In this document: piece by piece, positions 17,158 to 30,947 of the stretch | How positions within the stretch are numbered: the first letter of the stretch is position 1 | Layout: the number at the start of each line of letters is the position of its first letter | Origin: the human T2T-CHM13v2.0 reference genome, Homo sapiens | Assembly: GCF_009914755.1 (NCBI RefSeq) | Contig: NC_060938.1 | Direction: 5' to 3' (one strand) | Length of the DNA: 64,000 nt | Notes under the pieces: model-generated | The model's input: only the letters and a program-made list of their open reading frames with translations | Database searches by the model: none | What the model was told of the DNA's origin: nothing | Made by a program: the position numbers and the translations under genes

Positions 17158-18946
17158 TTGGGCAAAAGATATAAATAGACATTTCTTGAAAGAAGCCATA
17201 CAAATGGCCAACAGGTATCCAAAAAGTGCTTATCTTTATTAGAGAAATGCAAATTAAAACAAAGTATCACCTTACGCCTGCTAAAAAGGCCATTACTGAA
17301 AACATGAAAGTGCTAGTTAAGATGTAGAGAAACGGGACCCCTGCACAATTGTTGACAGAAATGTAAATTAGTACAGCTGTTATAGAAACACTATGGAGGT
17401 TCTTTAAAAAATTGAAACTATGCCATATGCTACAGAAATCCTACTACTGATATACATCCAAAGGATATAAAATCAGTATTTAGAAGACATATCTACACCC
17501 CTATATTTATTGCAGCATTGTTCACAATAGTCAAGATATGGAATCAACCTAAGTGACCATCAACAAATGAAAGGATAATTAAAATGCCGTATATATACAC
17601 AATGGAATACTATTCAGCCCTAACAAAAAAGGAACTCTTGTCATTTACAGCGGCATGGATGAACCTGGAAGACATTACATTAGGTGAAATAAGCCAGGCA
17701 CAGAAAGACAAACACTGCATTATCTCATTCATATATGGAATCTAAAAAGTTGAACTCAATAGAAGTAGAGAGTAGAATGGTGGTTACCAGGGTCTGGGAC
17801 AGGTGGGGAGAGAATTAGGGAGATTTTGGTCAAAGGAAACAAAATTTCAGATACATAGAAGGAATAAGTTCAAAAGAACAATAGTTACCATATTGTGCAA
17901 TAGATAATATGTTATATTCTAGGAAAATGCTAAGAGATTAGATGGTAAGCTCACCACGAAATAACTATGTGAGGTAATGCATATGTGAATTAGCGTGCTG
18001 TAGTCATTCTGCAATATATATATTTCAAAACATTATATTGTATACAGTACAATTTTATCAATTGTTAAAAACTAGGTTTAAAAGTGCACAATCATAAGAG
18101 GATTAAGTACATCTGTCTAAACAAATGAAATAACAGAAAACAGCTTATTATCAATAGTTCTTGATGTTTTTGCTAGCAAGTTAGTGTGTATAGCATGTAT
18201 AGATTGTTGTTGCTTTAATAATTTGGCCACATAAAAGAAATGTGAATTTGACATTTACATGGACTATAGGTCACCTATTTTTTCTTTTATAGTGTGATAA
18301 TTATACGTCATTAAATATGTATATTGTCTGATGATTTCATTTTAATATTATGATTTATATATTTATGAACCTCTCTTCATATATAATTCTTACGCTTCAC
18401 ATTTTATTGTTTTGTGACAGTCATGTCTTTACTACCCAGAAAATTGAAAAGATGAAACTAGTGCATTCACTCCATGTATTTGTCACTATTGAAATATACT
18501 AAGTGTTTCTGTAAATAAAAATGATAATATCAATATCAATAAATATAAGAATATAAATGTGATTATATATTATATATAAATAATATAGCTTACTCCTTAC
18601 TGTATTTTTGTACTTATTAACCAACCTCTCTTCACTCCCCACTTTTCCCAGCATTATATTACATGTACCTCATAAATACATAAAATTAAGAAAAATGATA
18701 AAAATAATTTATAGTTATTATCTAAAACACAAGACTGATAAAGAACATAAAATAGTTTTTCTATTTTCCATAATGAAAGCAGAGCCAGTGCTATTTTAAG
18801 GGAAAAAAGTTACTATCTTCTGTTTTACAAGGTACTCCTTATAATTAAACCCATTGGCTTACATTTGTGTCCATTTTCTCTTATTCTGTAGTCAGTGAAG
18901 ATTTATAATGTAATAGTTACTATCCAGAGAAGCATTTTGACATTTT

Positions 18947-20758
18947 ATTTTTTTAAGCCACCAAGCAACATGGAACTGATATTTTTAACATGACTTCTAT
19001 ACAATTTGAGTATGAGAATCCTTTTATAAGTGAAGCTGATTACTAGGAAAAAAATGACAAAACCAAACTGATACTTGATGTGAATTTATAGTAAAAGCTT
19101 CAAATCCAGCCAAGAAGTTGGTTATAATCTCTATCAGCTTTGCATTTGACTGTTAAGGGATCTTTCCATCAGCCTTGATATTGCTGAACAGGGCTTGGTG
19201 TTGGCTGATAACATTTGCCAAGAAAGCGTTCTCAAACTTTGTGATCTTGCTAGGCTCCAGTTTATCAAGATAGCCTTCTTACATGAGTATAGATTGCAAC
19301 TGCTTGTTTTCAATAGCCATGGAAGAATACCAGGCTTGTATCAGCAACTTAGGCAGATACACACCAGCTTTACAGTTGCTGAGTTTGACTGCATTAAAGT
19401 CAGAATCAAATTGGGCAAAAGCAGCATTCACAATAATGAGCCAATTCCAGCTTCACAGTACCTGCCTCCTACTTTACAGCCCTGGTTTGGGCAGCATATC
19501 CAATGGAGAACACAGAACAACATTAATGACAGGGCAGGTACTTTTGTAGAGAAATTCTGTTTCTAAGAAGATCTGTTAGTCAGCAATGGATATTCCATTT
19601 GCTGAAATGTAAGCAGATATTACCAGCTTGTGTTTCTGTGACCGGTGAAGCAGTCAAGGAGCTACTGCCAGAGGAATTACTCATTTTGGCTACCCTCTCC
19701 AACAGCCAGGATTATAAATGAAACATATCACCAGGATAGGCCTCACAACAGGGAGTCGGCAGAGCAGCAGGGACATCTGATAGCAATCACCAGCCTGTTT
19801 GGATAGATCATCATAGATGGCAAATGTACATTTGCCATTATCTCTAAAATATTCTCCCATAGAACAGCCAGAATAAGAAGCCAGGTACTGAAGTGGGGCA
19901 ACATCAGAAATAGCAGCTGAACCACAATAGCTTACTTCATGACATCTACATGTGTAAGTCTCTTCACCAACTGGAAAATGATCTCTTAACTCGTTGCAAT
20001 GTAGAGACAATATGGCTTCTTCTAACAGATCATTGGAGTGTATAATGATTGTGTCAATAGCAATTTAAATTTTGCCAGTCTGTCGGTTGTCAATAATCAG
20101 TTCACACGGACCACAACTAACTAACACGAAGCAACCCAAAGCCTTAATGCCAGACTACTTAGTTTCTGCAACAAAGTTTGAGGAATAATTCCAAGATTTT
20201 TCTAACCAACTTGTCTATAGGTTTTGGAATCACTGGACCCACATAATTAAGGACATGATCAAGAGTATCTACTACACAACCCAACAGCTCCTTACCAACT
20301 GGAATGTCTACAGTGGCTCCTGTCCTCTTCACAATATCTCCTCCTTCAGTTTGTCATTTCCAAACATTTTCAGGTTCCAAGTTCAGAGACATAACCTTTA
20401 AGCCTGAAGAAAATTCTTCTACTTCTTCTGCTTGAACATTCGTCAGTCCATGTACTTGGGCAATACCACCACCAATACTTAAGACAGGCTGAGTCTCTTC
20501 AAGGTCAGCAGAAGTATTATCTCTAACAATATGCTCTTCAAAAATAGAGGACATCTCCACCGTGCCATTCATGAAGAAGAGTGTTAGAGCCATGGACATT
20601 TATTGCAGCAATGAAAGATGATCCCAGAGCATTTTTGGAGACCAGACCAGCTCACCAAGGAAGAGTGCCAGCAATAGCCATGGCAACCACATTACACGAG
20701 AGCATCGTTGCAGTGTAAGCGGCTTCTCTGTGGCTACAGCCTCCAAACTGGCCAGGTA
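18947..20758 (-). pseudogene. ATP5F1A: Processed pseudogene of mitochondrial ATP synthase F1 subunit alpha (symbol given is the parent gene)
   Basis: Intronless. ATG at 20705; fragments [54 protein letters not shown] and [32 protein letters not shown]; C-terminus ..NFLAGFEA near 19095; 3'UTR and A-rich tail; candidate TSD gacatttt (18939-18946, 20759-20766); many stops and frameshifts. Confidence 0.95.
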
Positions 20759-23700
20759 GACATTTTCTTATGTAGTATGTTGTACTATTTGGCTAAATGT
20801 CTCTATGTTTCAACAAGATGACATGCTTTTCACAGATAAAGATTCCAAATATCATTTATCTTGTCCTCTATGGCACCAGGTTTGGTGTTTTGCATAGAAG
20901 CACACATGTTATTTGAGATAACACAGTCCTGCCAGCTTACAGTTTTAAAAGGTGGAAATCTGCACCTATCTGCCTAATTGCCTGAAGTCACCATAGGCTC
21001 TCCCACCTTGTGCTTTAGCCCACTGTAGATTTGGATTTAAGCTCTTTATGCTTCTCAACTTGCTTTCTGGCTGATTATTCCCAAGTGGAGGTTGTCGACT
21101 GCTTCATGCCCTCTTTTGTGATTGGTCAGCACAACAGGTACCAACCATGAAATACTCAAGGTAGTAAAAGCACTTTGCTCATGCAACTGGGAATGATTAG
21201 TATTCATGTGTTGGTAGTCCAATTTTCATTCTTTCCAATGGTAATATGGGCTTTTTACTATATGACTAGAGGAAGATTCAACACAGGCAAATATACCTGA
21301 ATTGAGACTTATTTCAATTCAGTTATATTGAATGGGAATGAATGGGAAAAAGAGAAGACACTGTGAATCACATTGTCCATGGTATTTAGAAGATTTGGAC
21401 AGAGAAGGAAGTGAGATAGGGAATGAAAAAGCTAGAGGAGATTTATGCTTTCAGATTTTTGTTTCAGAATGAAATAAATTAATATCAACAAATTGCTGAA
21501 ATTATGATAATCATTACATACTTGATCTCATGTAAAATAAACTCAGGGAAGGGAGATGAAAAGAGATCAAAGACAAGGAAATATGAAGAAATTTAGTGTA
21601 GGGAGATAAAATTTTGTAGAAAGGACTGAAAAGGGGATCTTGGCCAGCAGCTGGACCTCTTGCAGGGCAAACTAGAATCTCAGGCTGTGTCTTACAGGCA
21701 TTACTCACAGCAGCGACCTGGTTTAGAACTTCTACTTCCATGAACTATGTTTTTCAATTTCCCTTCTTCATGGAATTAGAGTCAAAAGTCAAACTTCTTT
21801 TAATTGGTGACATTTCAAATATCTTTGTGCATGTTTCAAACACAATTATAAAAATTTATGGCTTTCCCGAAATGTATTAGACCTGAGCATTGATGCCACA
21901 TATTCCATTGTTGGGATCCAAGGCCAATATCGTGTACACATAGAATAAAAAGAATTCTGCAATTGGATCAGCAGAAAAAAAAGGAGTAAATGACTTCTAC
22001 CTGATTCTTTTTAGAACTGCTCTGAGAGGTCAAAGGGAGATAAGAGAACACTGGAATCTTGAGTATCGCAGGGAGACAGAAAATAACATTTTTAGTATTC
22101 GGCCATATTATTCCCATAATGGTGATGAAAAAAATCATAAATAAAACCACCATTTTGAACGTTTTTTTCTGATTTTCATACCCTTGACATCTAAACAAGC
22201 CTGTGAAAAATAACTTATTTGCATTTGGAACCAGCAATAATTAAAAGTTGGACTAAGACATGAAAATGCCTTGAGCATGATTTGAAGAAAAAAAACATGT
22301 TGACTGCACAGTATCTTGGATGTATAAAAGACAACATGCTAATGATGATTATCTGAGACATTTTGATGATTTAAGTTCATTACTTTGATTCATGAAAAGT
22401 AACTATTAGTCAGATTTAACATGATAGTCATTCTTTTATTAGTGACCCTAAAAAAACAAAGTCCAGTCTAGTTTATTAACTTAAGTCTATAGCAGCACAA
22501 CTGATTTGATTTGGTGTAAACATTGGCTGGTGTTAACAATTCATCAGTGTTTTGTTTATGTAATTTAATTTTACCCAAAGCAAACTTTCCACACTCAAGT
22601 TGGTCCAGGAAATCAAATTCATCTTGCTTCTATTGTCAGCCTTTAAACAATTATTTACAAATGGACTGGCTCTAATTTTATAATTGTATCATATATTAGG
22701 TAAAGTTCCAAATCTGCTGCTCAATTTTACTTCTAAAAACTTACTCCTAAAGCACAGAAAATTAAATACAAATTATTCCAAACTACTGACTCAAAATATA
22801 GCAATGTTGGTCAAGGTAAGGTTAAATTCTAGCTTCTTCATCTTTGCCTTTAATATATGGATTCTAATACTGTCCTGAGAAGATTTCTCCTTTCTAAGAG
22901 AATGAAATTAAAAATAGCTTAAAGAATGCACAGATAGGAAATACAGCACATGCACGGATTTAAGGAGAAAGGCTGGTTATTTATAACATATTGCGATGTG
23001 TTGTCCTTTCCTTATCAAAGTAATGCTTTGGACAACCAAGAAAGTTTTGTCATTATTTTCACAGAAAAAAAGGCAATAAATTTACATTTAACTGAGCTGC
23101 CCACTTAATCTCTCTCCTGTTGTGACCATGTTGCCACATTTGCAAAGTTACTGGCATTAACTAGCATGCTGAGATAAACCTCACAGCAGTTAAGCTGTAA
23201 TTTTTAATCTTATTTGTTGAATTTTTTAACTTCACCAATGTTCTGTTTTCTAAAACTTTTTGTTTTCTAAAGCTTCCTTTTCAGATCAGTCCTTTTTAGT
23301 TGAAAATGCAGTGTATCCTTTTAAATTGCTCTGAACATACCAATTAAAATTATTTTTCTCAGTTATTTTTAATTTTTTCAGTGGTATTTGTCCTATTACT
23401 TCATATTGGACTTCTTTTGTTCTATTGAGTTTCCTCAACTATTTGATAATATTTAATTTATATCATATGATAAGTATACATTTAGTTTATATAATTATAT
23501 AATACAATTATTGAGAGGTAATTGACATGCATACATAATACAAAAGTGTTTTGGTTCAAATAATTATGTGAGTATGTATAGAAGTTCTGTTTTCTGTTTG
23601 GGTGACATTTTTCTTCCTTTCTTATTTTTACTTCCTCATATGAATTAAAATCAAACACTCATAATTTGAGAAAACTATTTAAATTTTAAATTTATAAAAC

Positions 23701-24496
23701 TAAAAGTCATAGCAGGACTTCTGCTTCCAGACATTTTATGATAACTGGCATAAGATTTAAAGTACAGTGAGTAAAAAGACGGGAAATATATGAGCAGTTC
23801 TTTAATGACCTGTGGGACTACATAAAATGATCTAATATAAGGTTAATTGGAGTCTCAAAGGAGAAGGTGGCAAGCAGAAAGAATATTTGAAGAAAATGAC
23901 TCAACATCACATTTGATAAATTTTAAATATATAAAATGAGTGAACTCCAAGTGAGAGAAACACATTTTTAAGAGTACAGTAAGGCATATCATTGAATTAC
24001 TGAAGTGGTGATAAAGACAAAGTCACAAATCAATGAGAAAGAAAAATGATGTCAAGTGAATACATGAATGAATACATACAAAGTAATAAAAGGTATTGGA
24101 AATGGTAAATGTGTGGATGAACATGAAAGGTATTTTTTCCTTCTAAGTTTAAGAGATAATTGACTGAAAAAAATAAAATCAATATGACTATATAACCATA
24201 TATACAAATAAAAAATATAAAAACAATATTACAAGAATAGGAGGAGTAAATGGAAGCATACTGCTCTAAACTTCCTGTATTATTTGGAAATGGTGTATTA
24301 CTTTTTGAAAGTTACCATAAGTTGAATATTCGTATTGTAAACCATACAGCAACCACTAAAATTACTGCAAATAGGAATAGCTAATAAACCAAAAGGAGAG
24401 ATAAAGTGGAATATTAAAATGTACTAACTTAATCTAAAAGAAGACAGAAAAAGGAGGAAAAAAGAAGAGAAAACAAATGGAACAACTACAAATAAA

Positions 24497-26030
24497 CAAA
24501 CCTAAAATTCATATGAAACCAAAAAAGAGCCCACTTAGCCAAAGCAAGACTAAGCAAAAAGAACAAATCTTGAGACATCACTTTACCCAACTTCAAACTA
24601 TACTACAAGGCTATAGTTACCAAAACAGGATGATACTGGAATATTAAAATAAGCCCATAGACCAATGGAACAGAATACAGAACCCAGAAATAAAGCCAAA
24701 CGCTTATTGCCAACTGATATTCTGCAAAGCATACCAAAACAAAGTGGGTAAAGGACCACCACATTCAACAAATAGTGCTGGGAAACTTGGCTAGCCACAT
24801 GTAGAAAAATGAAAATGGATCCTCGTCTCTCACCTTATGGAAAAATCAACACAAGATGGACAAAGACTTAAATCCAGAGCCTTAAGCCCTAAAATTTCTA
24901 GAAGATAACATCGGAAAATTCTTTTAGACATTGCTGAGGCAAAGAATTCATAACCAAGAACACAAAAACAAATGGAACAAAAACAAAAGTAAATAAATGG
25001 GACCTAATTAAACTAAAAAGCTTCTGCACAGAAAAAGAAATAATCAGCAGAGTAAACAGACAATCCACACAATGGGAGAAAATCTTTGTGCACTATGCAT
25101 CCGACAAAGGACTAATATCCAGAATCTACCAGGAACTCAAACAAATCAGCAAGAAAAATACAAACAATCCCATCAAAAAGTGGGCAAAGGACATGAATAG
25201 ACGATTCTCAAAAAAAGATATACAAATGGCCAACATGTGAAAAAATGCTCAACATGACTAATAATCAGGGAAATGGAAATTAAAATGAAAATGAGATACC
25301 ACCTTATTCCTGTAAGAATGGCCATAATTTAAAAATAAAAAAATAATAGATGTTGGCATGGATGTGGTAAAAAAAAAAAAAAAAAAAAAAAACACTTTTA
25401 CACTGCTGGTGGGAATGTTAATGAGTACAACCACTATGGAAAACAGTATGGAGATTCCTTAAAGAACTAAAAGTAGAACCACCATTTGTTCCAGCAATCC
25501 ACTACTGGGTATATACTCAGAAGGAAAAGAAAAGAATTATATGAAAAAGACAGATGAACCTGCATGTCTATAGCAGCACAATTTATACTTGGAAAAATAT
25601 GAAACCAACCTAAATGCCCATCAACCAATGAGTGGATAAAGAAAATGTGATATTGATATACATATATATCATGGAGTACTACTCAGCCATAAAACAGAAT
25701 GAAATAATGCATTTGCAGCAACTTGAATGGAGCTGGAGGCCATTATTTTAAGTGAAGTAACTTGGGAATGGAAAACTATCTTATGTTCTAACTTGTAAAT
25801 AGGAGCCAAGCAGCTAAGCCATGAGGATGCAAAGGAATAAGAATGATATGAACTTTTAGGACTCAGGGAGAAGACTGGGAGGGTGGTGAATGATAAAAGA
25901 CTACATATTGGGTACAGTGTACACTGCTCAGGTGATGAGTGCACCAAAATCTCAGAAATCACCACTGAAGAACTTATTCCGTGTAACCAAAAACCACCTG
26001 TTCCCTAAAAGCTATTGAAATAAAAAAAAA
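24497..26030 (+). mobile_element. L1PB1-like 5'-truncated LINE-1
   Basis: ORF2 3' half plus 3'UTR gataaaagactacatattgggtacagtgtacactgctc..., poly(A) at ~26022-26030. Confidence 0.85.
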
Positions 26031-26091
26031 GAAAAGCAAAAATAGGCTTAAACAGAGCCATATCAATAATTGCATTAAAAATAAATATTCC

Positions 26092-26177
26092 AGCCAGGTG
26101 CAGTGGCTCACGCCTATAATGCCAGCACTTTGGGAAGCACTCCAGCCTGGGTGACAGAGCGAGACACTATCTCAAAT
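26092..26177 (+). mobile_element. Alu with ~200-bp internal deletion
   Basis: First ~45 nt of Alu joined to its last ~40 nt; TSD aaataaatattc (26079-26090, 26178-26189). Confidence 0.85.
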
Positions 26178-27883
26178 AAATAAATATTCTGAACACTAAA
26201 ATTAAAAGGCAAAGATGACCATGCAGGACATACACAAGACCTAAATATGCCAGCTATAAGAAACACACTTTAAATATAAATAAACATATAGCTTAAAAGT
26301 AAAAGATTAAAAGGATACAAAATGCAAATACATAAGAAAATGCATCACTCTATTAATAAAAGACTGTAAAACATGAAATATTATGAGAGAAAATAGGTGA
26401 CATTTTATAATAAATGGGCAATCCATTAAAAAGACAAATATCCTAAATGCCTGTGTAAAAAGGTTTCAGTATAAGAAACCAGAGAACTGAAGCAAAAAAG
26501 ATAATTTCACATTTATAGTTGGAGATTCATACTCCTCACTTGTTAATTTAAAAAGTAGACAGAACATTAACAAGGATATAAAACACATGAAATGTAATAT
26601 TAGCAAACTTGAACTAATAGACATTTATAAGCAGTCCACCCAACACCTACAAAATACATAATCTGTTCTAGTGCAAATGAAAAATTCACCAATATAGAGC
26701 ATTTTCTGGGATATAAAACAAGACTAATTAATTTGAAAGAATTAAAGTAACAGAATATTATTGAACCATAAAAGATTTAAACTATAAATAAATAGCAAAA
26801 TATTTATCAAAAATCCCCTATACCTGGAAAATAAGCAAATTTCTAAATAGTCTGTGGATCAAATAAAAAGTAATAAAGTAACTCAAAAATATTTGGGGAA
26901 GAATGATGATTACATCAAAGCAAAATTTGTGGAATGTAGCTAAAGTGGGGTTTAGAAGGAAATGTGTAACCTAAAATGTTTGTATTAGGAAAAAAAAGAG
27001 CTAAGTTAATGGTCTCAAATTCTACCTTCAAAATCTTGAAAAAGAAAAATTCAAAGTAGAAGGAAGTAATCAATATATTAGAAAGAGATACAAATTAAAA
27101 AAAAATCAATGAAACCAAATGTGTCTTTTACAATATCAATAAACCTCTAACTAGGCTGAGCAAAGAAGGAACAGCACACATGAGAATGAGAACAGATACA
27201 AATGATCAATATCAGCAATAGCAGGAATGAAAGAATGTATTTCACTATAAATACTGCAGACATAAAACGATAATAAAGGGAATTGTACTAAAAGTTTGCC
27301 AACAAAATTGTCATGTTTGATGAAATTGACAATATCTTTGAGTGACAATTTACTTAAATTGACATACATAATAGAAAATGTTAAAACCTCATAGCTATTA
27401 AAGAAATTGAATTTATAATTTTACAAAACCTACAAGAAAAGTCTAAGTCCATATTATTTTACTGGTAAATTCTACTTAACACCTAAGAATAAGTGCCAGT
27501 CATACATAAACTTAGTATATGGAGGTGTAAGTAACAATTTTAACAAATTTCAGGCAAGCATTACCCTGATATTAAAACCAGAGAAAGACATTAGAAGAAA
27601 AAAGTTATAAATATTACTTATAAATGGATGCAAAAGTCTTTAACAAAATATTAACAAACTGAATCCAGCAGTGCATCAAAAGGATAAGTCATATGATCAA
27701 ATTGGATTTATTTCAAGAATGCAAGGTTAGCTTAACATTAAAAAAAATCAATTGATATTATTCATCATTAACAGGATTTTTTAAAAAGGAATATATTATC
27801 AACTCAATAGAAGCAGCAACAGTATTTGTGAAAAGTAAAACCCACACTCTCAAAACTAGACACAGAAGGGAATACCCTCAACC

Positions 27884-28268
27884 TGATTAGTCTGTTCTCA
27901 TGCTGCTATAATGACATACCTGAGACTGGGCAATTTATAAAGAAAAGAGGTTTAGTTGGCTTAAGGTTCTGTGGGCTGTACAGACTTCTGCTTCTGGGGA
28001 GGCCTCAGGAAACTTACAATCATGGGAGAAGGCAAAGGGGAAGCAGGCACATATTCACATGGCAGGCAGAAGAAAGAACAAGTGAAAGGGGAAGTGATAC
28101 ACACTTTCAAACAACCAAATCTCATGAGAACTCTATCACAAGAACAGCAAGGGGGAAGTCGGGAAGTCTGCCCCCGATTCAGTCACCTCACACCAGGCCC
28201 CACCTCCAACACTAGGAATTACAATTTGACATGAGATTTGGGTGGGGACAGAGAGCCAAACCATATCA
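27884..28268 (-). mobile_element. MSTA-like MaLR solo LTR
   Basis: attagtctgttctcatgctgctata...ggcctcaggaaacttacaatcatgg...ccaaaccatatca. Confidence 0.85.
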
Positions 28269-28727
28269 GGATGTGCGTGCAAAACCTACCACTTTATACT
28301 TAATAGTGAAAGAACACTTTCCCTTAACACTGGGAATGGAGCAAGCCTGTGTGATATCACCATTTCTATCCCACACTATATGAGGTTCTAGACAATGTGA
28401 TTAGTCAAGAAATGACAGATCACACAAAAAATAAGTAAAAGTTTACATTTGTAGACAACATGATTATGTATATTTTAAAATCCTAAAAGATCTACAAATT
28501 TGCTAATAGAACTAATTTAATTTAGCAAGTTTTCAGGATAGAGGGTCAAAATAGAAAAATCAACTTATTTTGTTTATACTAACAGTGGACAATCAAGAAA
28601 GGAAATTGAAAGGAAAATTAGTTGCAATCCATGTATCTGATAAAACACTTTTCTCCAGAATATATCAATAACTTGCATAACTCAGTAAGACACCAAATTA
28701 CCAAATTTTAAAAATGAATAACAAGAG

Positions 28728-29548
28728 TACTTCCTGTTTCCAAGCTAACATGACCTTAGAAGTCAACACCCTCATCTTCACAACAAGAAAAATCTGAATG
28801 AACTGAAGATCTTATTAGATCCATCGGAGTACTGAGGTCAAAGGGCAAACTGCTGCCTTGAAAACCAGAGAGACAGACAGGTAGATACAGAGAATCACAG
28901 TGTGCAGGAAGCAAAAGCCTTCGCCTGGAGCCAGCATCAGAAGGATTACTTTAAATTATGAATTGCTAGAGGCTCAGTGTAGACTAGCTTAAGTTAAAAA
29001 TTTCAAGGGGATACAGCTTAATGGGATGTCCACACTTCTGTGAGTTTTACTTCCAGGAACCAGCAGGAGGAAGGAAAAAGTAACCAGTTTGAAATACAGC
29101 TGGAACTTTCTGTTATTTTTAAATAAGACCACCCAGAAAAGGAAATTATTTTGCCAGAGCCTAGCCAGCTGGTATTTTACCAAAGTCTAACTAGCCCGGG
29201 GGGAAGGGAAGCATTCAACTCCAGCCCTTTATAGTCTTTGATGTGGAGGAAGGGAAATATCTAACTCAGGCTCACTAAAAGATCTAATCACTGGACTGTA
29301 GATTGCTTCCCTCCCCCCTTCACATCAGTAGGGCTCCTATATAATAACAGGAAGGGATTACAGCTAAAGAATTCTAAGCCTAAGACTATTTAAGGAGTCT
29401 TTAAGAAAACCCAAAGAAAACAGGGAGACAAAAAAGGGATAACAGAGCAGATTTCAGCCACTGATACCAGAGCTACAGCAACCACTGTACAGCTAACCAC
29501 TGCCTACTTCTAACCAGATAAACATCGAACCTCACACTAAAAGCCTAG
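28728..29548 (+). mobile_element. L1MC 5' end (L1MCa-like) fragment
   Basis: acttcctgtttcc...ttagatccatcggag...gaggtcaaagggcaaactgctgcc...gatacagagaatcacag. Confidence 0.6.
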
Positions 29549-29579
29549 CTATTATTTGACCCCATGAATTTTCTCAGGT

Positions 29580-29935
29580 GAACAAATGAAAGTGGCATTC
29601 TCATACGGTGGAATGCTACTTAGCAATAAAGAACAAACTGCTTCAAACACACAACATGGATGAATACCAAAACACCATGCTCAATAAAATAAGCCAGACA
29701 CAAATGTACTTATGGTATTGACTCTGTTTACATGAAATTTTAGTCGACAGTGACAGAAAGCAGATCCGTGTTTGCTTGGGACCAGGATGGGAGAATTGCT
29801 ACAAAGAAGCTTAAGAGAACTTTGTGGGGTGACGGAAATGTCCAGTTACACATATCTACCAAAACCCACCGAGCTGTTCACTTAAAATGGGTGCATTTAA
29901 CTTTATGTAAATTATGTATCAATAAAATTTATTCT
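29580..29935 (+). mobile_element. L1ME-like 3' end
   Basis: acaacatggatgaat...gtgacagaaagcagatc...cacttaaaatgggtgcattt...tcaataaa. Confidence 0.65.
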
Positions 29936-30874
29936 AAAATACCAGCATGAATTTTTTGGGGTGAGATAAGATTAGTGAGGTAATTCTATAGTTCATGTGG
30001 AAAAAGTAAGATTCAGAAAGAGTTTGAAATGCAAGAATAAGAAAAAAATTGATATGCCAATTCTGAAAATGGTAAGGCTTTGTTACATAATACTATAAAA
30101 ATTTAAGTTATATGGAAATTTAGTCTACCGGGAAATGGGACATATAATTGATGTCCGAACATCCATGAAGCAATAAATGAAGCCATATCTCCATTTATGT
30201 TTCAGTGGAATAAATTTATATATATTTTATTTGGATAAAACCCAAATGCATCAAATAGATACGTTTATGTATCTCATGTATCTATAATATCATTCATAAA
30301 ACATAAAAATTGAAATGACACCAAATGTGACATTTTCACCCATTTCATGGATGAAGATCCAAAAGTTTCACAATGACTATGTTCTAGAGAATAGGGGCAA
30401 ATGAGCATACTTATACTTTTCTAATTTTTTCTTTTTACAATATGTGACCTCTATGACAGGCGATCTTTGTACAACTAAGCATTTTAATCACGTGGAATTG
30501 GAAAAAAATAAACTTTATTCTAATATTAATCCTGCCTATTCTTTTGTCTAAATATCCAAATGAATTATATCTGTTTTGTCAAGATCATTTTTCTCCAGGG
30601 GCACAGGTTTTTGGCCAGTACAGAGAAAAAAAAATGCAGGTTTCTAAATTGCTATTCTTCCTGTAACATATGAAGCTGTGATTTGGCAAAGCAGGGGTCT
30701 CCAAATTTTCAGGAGTTGAAAAATATGAAGTCCAAGTCTTACGACAGCATTTATTACATCTTAAGCCAAAATTAAATTTCTGAGACAGGAATGATAAAAC
30801 TTCAATATAAAATATGTTAAATGAAATAGTTTAATATATGAATTAAACTATTAAGCTACCAGCAATATATATTT

Positions 30875-30947
30875 TATGCTGGACTTGTCAATTTAGCTAA
30901 AAATTCCAATATGCTGGACTTGTTAATTTAGCTAAAAATTCCAATAT
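30875..30947. repeat. 35-bp tandem duplication
   Basis: tatgctggacttgt(c/t)aatttagctaaaaattccaa x2, one mismatch. Confidence 0.95.

Larger units (their letters stand above)
23710..28720 (+). mobile_element. Old L1M (MC/MD/ME-type) ORF1-ORF2 remnant with nested L1PB, Alu and MSTA
   Basis: Decayed A-rich L1 ORF1/ORF2 phrases (gacctgtgggactacataaaatg, cttgaactaatagacattt, tgaatccagcagtgcatcaaaagg). Confidence 0.7.

Noticed and set aside
19195-19566. 123-aa plus-strand ORF
   Set aside because: Antisense shadow of the ATP5F1A pseudogene
18947-20758. NUMT or bacterial atpA origin
   Set aside because: Carries the nuclear gene's presequence region and UTRs, so it is an mRNA retrocopy
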